Shown here: positions 46,791-56,133 of the stretch, in pieces
Layout: every line of letters starts with the position of its first letter
Position numbering within the stretch: the first letter of the stretch is position 1
DNA from: Planctomycetota bacterium
GTDB lineage: Bacteria; Planctomycetota; MHYJ01; JACQXL01; JACRIJ01
Assembly: GCA_016220095.1 (NCBI GenBank)
Contig: JACRIJ010000111.1
Location: 27,748-91,747, forward strand
Length of the DNA stretch: 64,000 bases
Direction of reading: 5' to 3'
Position numbers and translations under genes: made by a program
The notes under the pieces: model-generated
Database searches by the model: none
Seen by the model: the letters and a program-made list of their open reading frames with translations, nothing else
Told to the model about the DNA's origin: nothing

Positions 46791-47543
46791 TTATAAAGCA
46801 TTTAATAACCGCAGATAATCCCTCATTGATTCATACACCATAGCCGAAATAAGATTAATAAAAGGCGCATCAGTTTGGGGAGCAGTCTGCGTTTTCTTAA
46901 TCGCGTTAATATTGTCATTTCGCAAAATCGGAGGAATAATAGCTATCACATAGCCACACTGCAAAAGAGCCAGATTCATTAACAACCGCGCCGTTCGGCC
47001 ATTGCCGTCCACAAACGGATGAATCGCGACCAGCTCCTTGTGTAATATCGCGGCAAATTCCACCGGATGGAGTTTTTTTCTCATCCCGGGTATTTTTGAA
47101 ACAAATTCTTTCATCAGTCTGGGAATTCTTGCCGGCGCCGGCGGCACAAATTCCGTCCCGGTGATAATCACCTTCACCTTCCGGTAATGCCCGGCATTTG
47201 CCTCGTCAATCCGATAATAAAACAGCCGGTGCAGTTCCATAATATCCTTTTCGACGATTTCCTTATTAGTGGCCAACCGATACAGTAAATCGTATGCCTC
47301 GCTATGGCCTATTGCTTCATAGTGGTCCTTTATGGGTTTTCCGCCGATGGTAATGCCGTCCTCCAGGACGATTTTGGTTTCGGTTTCGGTCAAGGAATTT
47401 CCCTCCAGGGCATTGCTGGAGTAGGTCAAACCGATACGATAGTATTCCTTTAGTTGTTTTAGCGTATGTTTATCAAACGGCCTGCGTTTATCCGTTTTTT
47501 TCTTCAGTTCATCTATTTCTTTTATTTTGTTTTCGTATGTCAT
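46791..47543 (-). CDS. fic: Fic family protein (AMPylator) with canonical motif
   Basis: 250 aa; HPFVDGNGRTARLL. Confidence 0.85.
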   Translation of the reverse strand: MTYENKIKEIDELKKKTDKRRPFDKHTLKQLKEYYRIGLTYSSNALEGNSLTETETKIVLEDGITIGGKPIKDHYEAIGHSEAYDLLYRLATNKEIVEKDIMELHRLFYYRIDEANAGHYRKVKVIITGTEFVPPAPARIPRLMKEFVSKIPGMRKKLHPVEFAAILHKELVAIHPFVDGNGRTARLLMNLALLQCGYVIAIIPPILRNDNINAIKKTQTAPQTDAPFINLISAMVYESMRDYLRLLNAL

Positions 47544-47955
47544 TTTTTACTCCTTTCCATGTATTATCAGCTCTTTTTTTTAAGGTCGCTAATTGCAACC
47601 TTAAAGCGGACATCTGCATGAATCAAGTCTGATTTGGAGACGTCAAAATGCCGTCTCAAAACATAAATATAACAATAATAAGGATAAATAACAAATAAAA
47701 ATATTCATTCAAAGCGTTGCAGGGTTGCAGGGACAGGACACTCAGACTGTGTCATAATTGCTAAAAATGCCATTTTTGCGAAAATATTGCAAGCATTTAT
47801 GCTGGTTTGCGGGCGGTGAAAATGTTAAAAACCTAATTGTGACACGGTCTGGACGCCCTGTCCCTGCAAAATGCTAAATGTAATTTTAAAAATGTTTGCT
47901 TTAACCGTCTTTTATGCTAAAATCTTTACTGCATCTGTTTTAAGGAATTTTACTT

Positions 47956-48468
47956 ATGGACCTGAAAAAATACATCCGCGACATACCGGATTTTCCGAAA
48001 AAGGGTATCGTCTTCAAGGACATTACGCCGCTCCTGTCCAATCCCGGGGCATTTGAATTTGCCGCAAAAAAAATTGCCGGCAAATACAGGAATTCTAAAA
48101 TAGCCGGCGTGGTGGGAATTGAATCGCGCGGTTTTATCATAGGGAGCGTCGTCGCCTGCCTTCTCGGCGCCGGATTCATACCCGTCCGCAAGAAAGGCAA
48201 ATTGCCTTACAAAACAAGGTGTGCGTCTTACGGCCTTGAATACGGCACGGACAGCATAGAAATCCACGAAGACGCCGTTAAAAAAGGCAAAAACTATTTG
48301 TTGGTTGACGACCTTCTCGCCACAGGCGGCACTATGGCCGCGTGCTGCGGACTCGTGGAATGCCTGGGCGGCAAGGTGCTCGCGTGCCAGTTCGTCATCG
48401 AATTATCATTCCTTAAAGGCCGGGATAAATTGAAGAACTATAAAACGAATTCATTGATAATATATTAG
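47956..48468 (+). CDS. apt: adenine phosphoribosyltransferase
   Basis: 170 aa; PRPP motif LLVDDLLATGGT; conserved APRT N-terminus. Confidence 0.9.
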   Translation: MDLKKYIRDIPDFPKKGIVFKDITPLLSNPGAFEFAAKKIAGKYRNSKIAGVVGIESRGFIIGSVVACLLGAGFIPVRKKGKLPYKTRCASYGLEYGTDSIEIHEDAVKKGKNYLLVDDLLATGGTMAACCGLVECLGGKVLACQFVIELSFLKGRDKLKNYKTNSLIIY

Positions 48469-48535
48469 TGGCCGGCAGTCGGTGATCGTGCAGTCGCAGG
48501 TTGAGGCCTGCGGTTAGTGAATAGTTAATAAAACT

Positions 48536-49039
48536 ATGTCTAAAGAATCAACGCTCAAAAAAATTAAGGACGATATCGCCCGCGGTGATCTCGGAAAGGC
48601 GCGCGACAGACTGCACGGCCTGATTCATGCATATCCCGACGACCCCAAGTTGCGAATACTGCTTGGTGAAATCTATCATAATTTACAATTCCCCGCAATG
48701 GCCGGAAGGTATTGGTATCTTGAAGAAAACAAAACCCCTGAAATGCAATCCGCCTGCGAGGCATTTGAGAAAGACCGCGGCATGGACCCGTTTCGTATAC
48801 TGGCCGCATTGCAATTCCGCGGTGATTATAAATGCCTGAATGAATTTGCCAGGACAAAAATCCACGCCCTTGAAAATGAAAGTTCAAAGAAACATATACG
48901 TGCGTCTGAACTTAAACCAGCCGGAAAACCGTCAAAACGAAAGAAGATTGTTGTGCCGGACTGGGCAAGTTCGGGATGTATGATATTGATTATTGTTATT
49001 TTGCTCCTGGCCATAATCGGTTTTATTTCGCTGTTCTGA
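48536..49039 (+). CDS. hypothetical tail-anchored membrane protein (TPR-like N-terminus, C-terminal TM)
   Basis: 167 aa; C-terminal CMILIIVILLLAIIGFISLF. Confidence 0.4.
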   Translation: MSKESTLKKIKDDIARGDLGKARDRLHGLIHAYPDDPKLRILLGEIYHNLQFPAMAGRYWYLEENKTPEMQSACEAFEKDRGMDPFRILAALQFRGDYKCLNEFARTKIHALENESSKKHIRASELKPAGKPSKRKKIVVPDWASSGCMILIIVILLLAIIGFISLF

Positions 49040-49235
49040 ACGACGTATGAACTAAAGAAACAGAAGCAGGAAATCCTCAAAATCTAAAAGTAATTCCTCA
49101 AGGCTCGCCCGCGCTACGCCTACAAGTTTCAATGCGGTCTTTTTGGAAGTGCCTGAAGCCATACAGCCCTCGACGATATTTGTGAGTCCTTGTATGTTTG
49201 TGATTTAGAAATGCAACAACTTTGTCGCAAAAGAT

Positions 49236-50003
49236 TCATTTAATGTATCTCTTCATTTCGTCTATACATTTCTTACAAAACGGCTTGCCGCTTTTCAATC
49301 TGTCTTCAGATAATTTTTCCCAAGCATCAGGAACCCTGCCCCCCTGCCTCATAACGCATTCCTGATCGCAATGGTCTTTATATAATACTGAACTGTTGGA
49401 TTGGTCTGACAATGCATCAATGCCATTTCTTCCAGATGCGGCTAAAAAAACATGCCCTAATTCGTGCATAACAAGCGTTTTTATGCATTCTTCTTGCTTT
49501 TGAGAATCAGACAATCCCCGAAACCTTTTAACTGAAAGAACCACGCCGATATCTGGAAAGCTATCACCTATTACGAAGTTATACCAAGCACCGTCATCGC
49601 GTTTACTCGTAAGATCTTTATCAATAATCATTACAACAAAATGTAAAAGGTTTTTTGTTAGCGGTGATTTCCGATAAAGTTTCAGCAGATCATCGTCATA
49701 AATCTGGCATCCATTGGCAGTTTTTACTTGTGCTTCAGCAAGATACCAATCTATACTTTCATGTTCGCCTGAACCCTGATTCCAACATCCAAGGTCATTA
49801 ATCTGAATTTCTTTTTCAAGACCGATGATTTTTAAAATGGTTTTTACCCCGCTCATGACCGCACTGTGTTCATTTTTTGTCACGCTGGCGGAATTCATTA
49901 TGAATACTGGTTTTCTTATTTGCATATAAAATTGTTTTCCACGCGCATTATACGCGATTCTGACCGGTACTTCCTTCTTCATTTTCCCTCGTATCTTCTT
50001 CAA
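49236..50003 (-). CDS. putative zinc metallopeptidase, archaemetzincin-like (HExxH plus Cys motifs)
   Basis: 255 aa; LVMHELGHVFLAASG...DHCDQECVM...CKKC resembles the archaemetzincin pattern HExxHxxG...CxxxxCxM...CxxC (spacings differ). Confidence 0.45.
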   Translation of the reverse strand: MKKIRGKMKKEVPVRIAYNARGKQFYMQIRKPVFIMNSASVTKNEHSAVMSGVKTILKIIGLEKEIQINDLGCWNQGSGEHESIDWYLAEAQVKTANGCQIYDDDLLKLYRKSPLTKNLLHFVVMIIDKDLTSKRDDGAWYNFVIGDSFPDIGVVLSVKRFRGLSDSQKQEECIKTLVMHELGHVFLAASGRNGIDALSDQSNSSVLYKDHCDQECVMRQGGRVPDAWEKLSEDRLKSGKPFCKKCIDEMKRYIK

Positions 50004-50454
50004 TTATTGACAGATATTCCTTCCAGCTTATTTCCCCATCCAAGAAGGCCTTTTTAAAGCCGGTTATGTCGGCGGCCTCTTTTTCGCATTCCGGCGAACA
50101 AAACGGGCTGTTCGGCCTTACCGGCGCCTTTACACAAATAGCACAATAAAGTATCATATTATTATTATCGGTATTTGTTTCCCCATAAAATACAAAAAAA
50201 CAAAGGTGTTTCTGCCTTACCTCTGCAATCGGCTTGTTTCCTCGCTGGGCGCAATAAAATTTATTTTCATACGAGAAATACGGGGATTTGCCATAACTAA
50301 ACACCATATTTAACAATTCAAGACTATTGTTAAGTATAAAACATGACGATATTGTTATTATGGAAATCTCGCGCGAAAGGAATTTCCTTATTAAACAAAA
50401 ATATGCATTTATTAAATACCGCCATAACGACCAAGAAAACGTATTAGCAGGCAT
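49948..50454 (-). CDS. hypothetical protein with C-terminal Cys4 zinc-ribbon-like motif, overlapping the metallopeptidase gene by 56 nt
   Basis: CAICVKAPVRPNSPFCSPEC; true start probably internal (MVFSYGK...). Confidence 0.3.
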   Translation of the reverse strand: MPANTFSWSLWRYLINAYFCLIRKFLSREISIITISSCFILNNSLELLNMVFSYGKSPYFSYENKFYCAQRGNKPIAEVRQKHLCFFVFYGETNTDNNNMILYCAICVKAPVRPNSPFCSPECEKEAADITGFKKAFLDGEISWKEYLSIIEEDTRENEEGSTGQNRV

Positions 50455-50548
50455 TTGTCTTGTATTCGTAATAGATTGTTCGTCAACAGTTCTTCGTGTC
50501 TTCTCCCTTTTCCTTAGTTAATATTTATGTAAGTGATCCCGCGCAGGG

Positions 50549-50577
50549 AGTGCCTTCGTGGCAAAGAAATAAAAAGT
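50549..50577 (+). repeat. repeat family D copy D3
   Basis: gtgccttcgtggcaaagaaataaaaag. Confidence 0.45.
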
Positions 50578-50578
50578 A

Positions 50579-51712
50579 ATGGACATAAATCTATTCAAAA
50601 ACACAACTGCCGGCCGGTTGGCCAAGGCGCCTGAAGGTTATTTCGCCTTCATACCGGCCCCTTTGCCGCCGGAATTCAAATGGTCTGCCGGAATGGGTTC
50701 GCTGATATCCCAGGCGTCTTACGCATTCGGACAGCTTGCCGCCACTGCCGAACACCTGCCCGAATGCAAACTCTTAGTCCCGGCTTTTCTCAGGCGCGAG
50801 GCCGTTTTCTCCTGCAAAATCAAAGGACGCCTGACTTCCATGTCAGACCTTTTTCTGTGTGAAACCACAGGCATGGAAATCTACAAAGACGTCAAGGAAT
50901 CCGTCAGTTATACGCAGGCCCTTGAACAAGGCCGCGCCATTTCCATGGAAAAAGGATTCAATTTTCAACTCCTGCGCGAACTGCATAAAACGCTTTCGCA
51001 AGATGCCGCCGCGATAATAAATCCCGGCGAATTCCGCGGCAAACAGACCTGGACCGGCCTGCCGGCAAGTACTATTGACGCCGCATCCTACGTGCCTCCG
51101 CCCGCGGATGAACTCAAAACCGCTATGGCGCAATTTGAAGATTTTCTTACCTCGGAAAAATCCATGCCCGCCCTTATCAAGGCCGCTTTTCTTCTCTACC
51201 AGCTTGAAGCCGTCAGGCCTTTTGCCGCAAGAAACGGAAAATTGGCGAGGATCTTCATAGTGCTTTTCCTTTCCAACGCCGCCGGGCTCCCGTCTCCGCT
51301 CTTTGGCATCAGCCCTTTTCTGGCGAAATACCGCGACGAATACCAATCCGCATTTCTGAACGCGTGCAGGCAGGGCGCGTGGCAGACGTGGGTGGAATTC
51401 TTCCTCCGCGCCGCATCAGACCAGGCGCAGAACGCCGTTCAGCGCGCGCATTCCTTATTGGCTCTGCGCCGGGATATGTTGAAAAAAATCGCTGACGCGC
51501 CGCCTACGACGGAAAAATTGCTGGATTTTCTTTTCGCAAGGCCGGTCATCAACGTTAATTCCGCCGCGCAGGCGCTGGACCTGACGTTTCCCGCGATAAG
51601 CAAGGCCATGCGCGGGCTTGAAACCGCCGGCATCATCGCGGAATTCACCGGCAATAAACGCAATAAGATCTATGCCGCCGAGGATATTTTAAAATTGCTG
51701 GAAAAAGAATAA
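50579..51712 (+). CDS. Fic-family protein (Fic_N + Fic + C-terminal wHTH architecture) with degenerate active-site motif
   Basis: 377 aa; the motif position reads RPFAARNGKLAR instead of HPFxDGNGRxxR (H, D, G and R all substituted). Confidence 0.6.
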   Translation: MDINLFKNTTAGRLAKAPEGYFAFIPAPLPPEFKWSAGMGSLISQASYAFGQLAATAEHLPECKLLVPAFLRREAVFSCKIKGRLTSMSDLFLCETTGMEIYKDVKESVSYTQALEQGRAISMEKGFNFQLLRELHKTLSQDAAAIINPGEFRGKQTWTGLPASTIDAASYVPPPADELKTAMAQFEDFLTSEKSMPALIKAAFLLYQLEAVRPFAARNGKLARIFIVLFLSNAAGLPSPLFGISPFLAKYRDEYQSAFLNACRQGAWQTWVEFFLRAASDQAQNAVQRAHSLLALRRDMLKKIADAPPTTEKLLDFLFARPVINVNSAAQALDLTFPAISKAMRGLETAGIIAEFTGNKRNKIYAAEDILKLLEKE

Positions 51713-51807
51713 TACTATTCTTAAGAATTCCGCCAAAAATATGCGCATCATTTTAACAAATTGCTTAAAAAGTTGTACTCCGACGAATTCATCCGCCTAA
51801 ATATTTC

Positions 51808-51836
51808 TTGACAATCTATACACTTTCGTATAGAAT
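51808..51836 (+). promoter_or_regulatory. sigma70 promoter TTGACA-N17-TAGAAT, 6 nt upstream of the ATG at 51843 (leaderless candidate)
   Basis: Hexamers seen in sequence; the same TATAGAAT extended -10 as at dus. Confidence 0.45.
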
Positions 51837-51842
51837 GTCAGG

Positions 51843-53096
51843 ATGAATCTGGACCGCAGTATTTATAATTCTGTTATCGGCAGTATCGGCCGCAGGGAAA
51901 TCGGCATTATCGTAGGCCCGCGGCAGGTCGGTAAAACCACCCTTCTTAAGGAAATCGCCGGTTATTGCAAAAATAACCGCATTGCCTTTAAATACTACAA
52001 TCTGGAAATGCCTGCGGATGCGGGCTTTTTCGCGAGAACGCCGGCAAACATACTGGCGGACCTTACCCGGAATAAAAACGTCGTGCTTATAGACGAATTC
52101 CATTACCTGCCCAACGCGACAAAATTATTCAAGGCCATATATGACGGTTATCCGGATGTAAAGGTTTTTGCTTCCGGTTCGTCGGCCATTGAAATGCATA
52201 AGCACCTGAAAGAAAGCCTCGCGGGCAGAAGGCATTTATTCAGGATGTTTCCTCTCTCATTCTGGGAATGGCTGCCCTGCAGAACAACGTCCCTGAAAAA
52301 ACCCGAATCGTTTGATTCGGAATTCAGCGCTCAAACCCATGAAAAACTGAAAACGTTTCTTGATGAATTTGTTATTTTCGGGGGAATGCCGGGGCTTGTG
52401 CACGAAAAAAGCAGGGATTTCCAGAAACGGTTGCTTTTGGATTTAGTCGCAACTTACATGCAAAAGGACATTAAGGCCTTATTGCGTGAGGAAGACATCC
52501 TTTCGTTCAACAGGATGCTCGCTCTTCTCGCGTCACAAGAGGGAAACCTATTAAGCGAGAATAACGTTTCAAACAGCCTGAATTATTCCCTTCGCCAGGT
52601 AAGAAATGACCTTGCCATTCTTGACCAGACTTTTTTGCTGAACATCCTGAAGCCGTTCCATGCGAACCGCGGCAGGGAATTGAAACAAACCAATAAGACA
52701 TATTTTTTTGATTCCGGCATACGCAATGCCATACTCCAGGACTTCAGGATTCCCGGCAACAGGCCCGACAAAGGCGCTCTTATGGAAGCTTTCGTGCTCC
52801 AGGAAATACAGAAACACATGCGGGTTACCCAGGAACTTTTTTATTGGCGCACAAGGGAAAAAAACGAGGTTGATTTCATATTAGTACAGGACAGGACGCC
52901 TGTACCCGTTGAAGTAAAATCCCAAATTTCAGCCGGAGAGATTCCCGGCGGAATAAAACAATTTTTTGCCAACTATAAGGAAAGCCGTTTGGCAGTGGTG
53001 CTGAACGATTCCATCAGGGCGCTTGTGAAATACGAAGGACGCAAAATATTATTCGCGCCGCATTATTACGCGGCGCTGATTCCGGAATTGTTTTAA
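51843..53096 (+). CDS. AAA+ ATPase of the AAA_14/DUF4143 family
   Basis: 417 aa; Walker A GPRQVGKTT; Walker B LIDEF; C-terminal DUF4143-like region. Confidence 0.75.
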   Translation: MNLDRSIYNSVIGSIGRREIGIIVGPRQVGKTTLLKEIAGYCKNNRIAFKYYNLEMPADAGFFARTPANILADLTRNKNVVLIDEFHYLPNATKLFKAIYDGYPDVKVFASGSSAIEMHKHLKESLAGRRHLFRMFPLSFWEWLPCRTTSLKKPESFDSEFSAQTHEKLKTFLDEFVIFGGMPGLVHEKSRDFQKRLLLDLVATYMQKDIKALLREEDILSFNRMLALLASQEGNLLSENNVSNSLNYSLRQVRNDLAILDQTFLLNILKPFHANRGRELKQTNKTYFFDSGIRNAILQDFRIPGNRPDKGALMEAFVLQEIQKHMRVTQELFYWRTREKNEVDFILVQDRTPVPVEVKSQISAGEIPGGIKQFFANYKESRLAVVLNDSIRALVKYEGRKILFAPHYYAALIPELF

Positions 53097-53117
53097 TTTT
53101 TGAAAGGCAGTATTTGT

Positions 53118-54176
53118 ATGGAACTGCAGAAAATGCGGAAAAAAATCGATCTTATTGACTACGAGATGCTCAAGCTTCTCAACCAGCGTATGGAATACGT
53201 CCTGCGACTGAAGAAACTGAAAAGCTCGGTCACCGACACTGACCGCGAGCTTGAGGTATTCCAGCACATACGCAGGTTTTCCCAGCATCTTATCAAACCG
53301 GAATTTTCCGAAAAAATTTTCAGGGAAATCATAAAAGAAAGCAAACGCCTTCAGGAACAGGACATCAAGGTCGTCGGATTCCAGGGCGAACACGGGGCTT
53401 ACAGCGAGGTCGCGGCGCTCTCGTACGAGCCGGCCCTCGTGCCTATTCCGTGCGTTGATTTCGTTGACGTATTTGAAGGCGTCAAGAACAACCAGCTTGA
53501 TTACGGCATCGTGCCCGTGGAGAATTCCCTTGAAGGCGCTGTCGCGCAGGTAAACGACCTGCTGATTGAAACCGACCTCAAGATTACGGGCGAAATCAGC
53601 ATCCCCATCCACCACCACCTGCTTGCCATAAAGGAAACGGATTACCGCGACATACGCGTGGTATATTCCCATCCCCAGGCGCTCGCGCAATGCCACGGTT
53701 TTATTTCACGCAACAAACTTGACCCGAGGCCGTTCTACGATACCGCGGGCGCGGCCAAAATGCTCGCCGCCAAAGGCGCGCGGTCTATCGCGGCCATTTC
53801 CAGCGCGTTATGCGCCGAACTATACAACCTTGACATCATCAAGGAAAACATTGAAGACCACGAATCAAACAAAACGAGATTCCTCGTTTTATCCGCCGAA
53901 CCCTCAAAGGCCGCCGGCAACAAGTGTTCCATGATATTCCAGACCCGGCACGAGGCAGGCGCCTTGTTCAGGGTCTTAAGGATTTTCTCCGATGCGGACA
54001 TAAATCTTACCCGGATAGAATCCCGGCCGGTACGCAAAGAACCCGGCCAGTACGCGTTCCTCCTTGATTTCCTCGGTTCCGATACCGACGCGAAAATACG
54101 CGGGGCGCTTGAAAAGGTTAAAAAAGAAACCGCCATGTTCAAATTCATGGGCTGTTACAAGGAGGCCGTGAAATGA
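53118..54176 (+). CDS. pheA: bifunctional chorismate mutase / prephenate dehydratase
   Basis: CM domain (MELQKMRKKIDLIDYEMLKLLNQR), PDT domain, C-terminal ACT domain; start refined from the upstream TTG to ATG 53118. Confidence 0.85.
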   Translation: MELQKMRKKIDLIDYEMLKLLNQRMEYVLRLKKLKSSVTDTDRELEVFQHIRRFSQHLIKPEFSEKIFREIIKESKRLQEQDIKVVGFQGEHGAYSEVAALSYEPALVPIPCVDFVDVFEGVKNNQLDYGIVPVENSLEGAVAQVNDLLIETDLKITGEISIPIHHHLLAIKETDYRDIRVVYSHPQALAQCHGFISRNKLDPRPFYDTAGAAKMLAAKGARSIAAISSALCAELYNLDIIKENIEDHESNKTRFLVLSAEPSKAAGNKCSMIFQTRHEAGALFRVLRIFSDADINLTRIESRPVRKEPGQYAFLLDFLGSDTDAKIRGALEKVKKETAMFKFMGCYKEAVK

Positions 54177-54961
54177 AAATCGCCATAACAGGCGCCGGCC
54201 ACATGGGCTCATGGCTTGCGAAAGAATTGTCTGCCGGCAATTCCATTGCCATTTATGATACCGATACAGCCAAAGCCGCTTCGGCCGCGGCCGGCATAAA
54301 GAATTGCCGTTCGTTTGATGGAATTTCAGGATTAAAGGAATTCGCTCCCGAAATGTTCATAAACACCGCGAGCCTGCAGAATACCGTTGCCGCGTATAAA
54401 GAGTCGGAAAAATTCCTCCCGAAGGATTGCGTCTTGTGCGATGTGGCTTCAGTCAAAAACGGACTGCCTGAATATTACACCGGATGCGGATTCAGATTTG
54501 TTTCCTTTCATCCGATGTTCGGCCCGACCTTCGCGGACATGAACGCATTAAAAGAAGAAAACGTTGTGCTTATAAGGGAATCCGATGAAACTGCCGCGGA
54601 ATTTTTCAGGGCGTTCTTTAAGCGGCTCGGCCTTCGCATATTTGAATATTCCTTCGCGGAACATGACCGGATGATGGCGTATTCGCTGACGATACCGTTC
54701 GTATCTTCGCTTGTATTTGCGGCATGCGTGGACGCCACGGCAGTGCCTGGAACCACGTTCTCACGGCATATAAATATAGCCCGCGGCCTGCTTTCCGAAG
54801 ACGACCATCTGCTGGCGGAAATCCTGTTCAACCCGAATTCGTTGGAAAAAATAGAAAAAATAACGTCCAGGCTTGAATACCTGAAGCATATAATAAAAGG
54901 TAGGGATTCGGAAGAGATAACGAAGTTTTTTAATAAATTACGGAACAATGTAACCGCATAA
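54173..54961 (+). CDS. tyrA: prephenate dehydrogenase
   Basis: 262 aa; Rossmann motif MKIAITGAGHMG; ATGA overlap with pheA. Confidence 0.8.
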   Translation: MKIAITGAGHMGSWLAKELSAGNSIAIYDTDTAKAASAAAGIKNCRSFDGISGLKEFAPEMFINTASLQNTVAAYKESEKFLPKDCVLCDVASVKNGLPEYYTGCGFRFVSFHPMFGPTFADMNALKEENVVLIRESDETAAEFFRAFFKRLGLRIFEYSFAEHDRMMAYSLTIPFVSSLVFAACVDATAVPGTTFSRHINIARGLLSEDDHLLAEILFNPNSLEKIEKITSRLEYLKHIIKGRDSEEITKFFNKLRNNVTA

Positions 54962-55193
54962 CTTTTTGCCACAGAGCCCACAAAGGACTCAAAGAGCGGC
55001 GACTTCGGAAAGCTGACGATATGCCCGTCAAAGCATAGGATGTGTATTTGATGACAGTCTGCGATCGTAAAACTATCGGCGTTTGTGCGCGCTCAAGAAA
55101 TATCGTTTCTCTTTCTGTGGCTGCGTCAGCCGTGTAATCGTAATCCGCTTAATCTGTTAAATCTGTTGTTAAAAAGGAATATGTTAAATCTTT

Positions 55194-56009
55194 ATGAAAA
55201 ACATAAAACTCGTTGCCCTTAGCGGCAGTAAAAGAACTATCGTAAAAGTTGACGGCGTTAAAATCGGCGAAGGTTTTACCGTAATTGCCGGGCCGTGCAG
55301 TGTTGAAAGCGAAGAGCAGACCCTTGAAACCGCGCGCGCGGTCAAAAAAGCCGGCGCCGACATGTTCCGCGGAGGGGCTTTTAAGCCGCGCACGTCTCCT
55401 TATGCCTTCCAGGGCCTGGGCTTAAAGGCCCTTAAGATCCTTGAAAAGGCCAAGAAGGAAACCGGCATGCCCATAGTTACCGAAGTGCTTGACACGCGCG
55501 ACGTGTCCTGGGTATGCGAATACGCGGACATACTGCAGATAGGCGCGAGGAACATGCAGAATTTTTCCCTCCTCAAGGAAGCGGGAAAATCCAACAAAAC
55601 GGTACTGCTCAAACGTGGCATGCATTCCACCATAGAAGAATGGCTCAACTGCGCGGAATACATTTTAAATGAAGGCAATCCGAACGTCATACTTTGCGAA
55701 AGGGGCATACGCACGTTTGAAACCTACACGAGAAACACGCTTGATTTAAGCGCGATACCGGCGGTCAAGGAATTGACGCATTTGCCGGTGATAGTTGACC
55801 CGTCGCATGCCGTAGGAAAGGTAAGCCTTATAGAACCGATGTGCCTCGCCGCCGTTGCCGCAGGCGCGGACGGATTGATTATAGAAGTCCACAGAAACCC
55901 GACCGAGGCGCTCAGCGATAAGGAACAGGCGCTCAATCCCAGACAATTCTCTGATATAATGAAAAAAACGCGGGCGTTATACAAATACGTTACCGAGTTA
56001 AGGGGTTAA
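55194..56009 (+). CDS. aroF: 3-deoxy-7-phosphoheptulonate (DAHP) synthase, class I beta (KDO8PS-like)
   Basis: 271 aa; [19 protein letters not shown] and IIEVH motifs. Confidence 0.85.
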   Translation: MKNIKLVALSGSKRTIVKVDGVKIGEGFTVIAGPCSVESEEQTLETARAVKKAGADMFRGGAFKPRTSPYAFQGLGLKALKILEKAKKETGMPIVTEVLDTRDVSWVCEYADILQIGARNMQNFSLLKEAGKSNKTVLLKRGMHSTIEEWLNCAEYILNEGNPNVILCERGIRTFETYTRNTLDLSAIPAVKELTHLPVIVDPSHAVGKVSLIEPMCLAAVAAGADGLIIEVHRNPTEALSDKEQALNPRQFSDIMKKTRALYKYVTELRG

Positions 56010-56022
56010 AGGGTTTGAATTA

Positions 56023-56044
56023 GGGGCGAATGGCCATTCGCCCT
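56023..56044. repeat. palindrome family F copy F2 (GGGCGAATGGCCATTCGCCC, terminator-like) after the DAHP synthase gene
   Basis: Perfect 10+10 palindrome followed by a T-rich stretch. Confidence 0.6.
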
Positions 56045-56133
56045 TACTGCTTATTTAACTGCCTGTAAATATCTTGCATTCCGTCCTGTTTTTTGCTATA
56101 GTACAGCCAAACGTGTTATGGAGGTTTCTCTTT

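Noticed and set aside
53049-53696. 215-aa minus-strand ORF overlapping the 3' end of the AAA gene and pheA
   Set aside because: Antisense to two well-supported plus-strand genes; no independent support.
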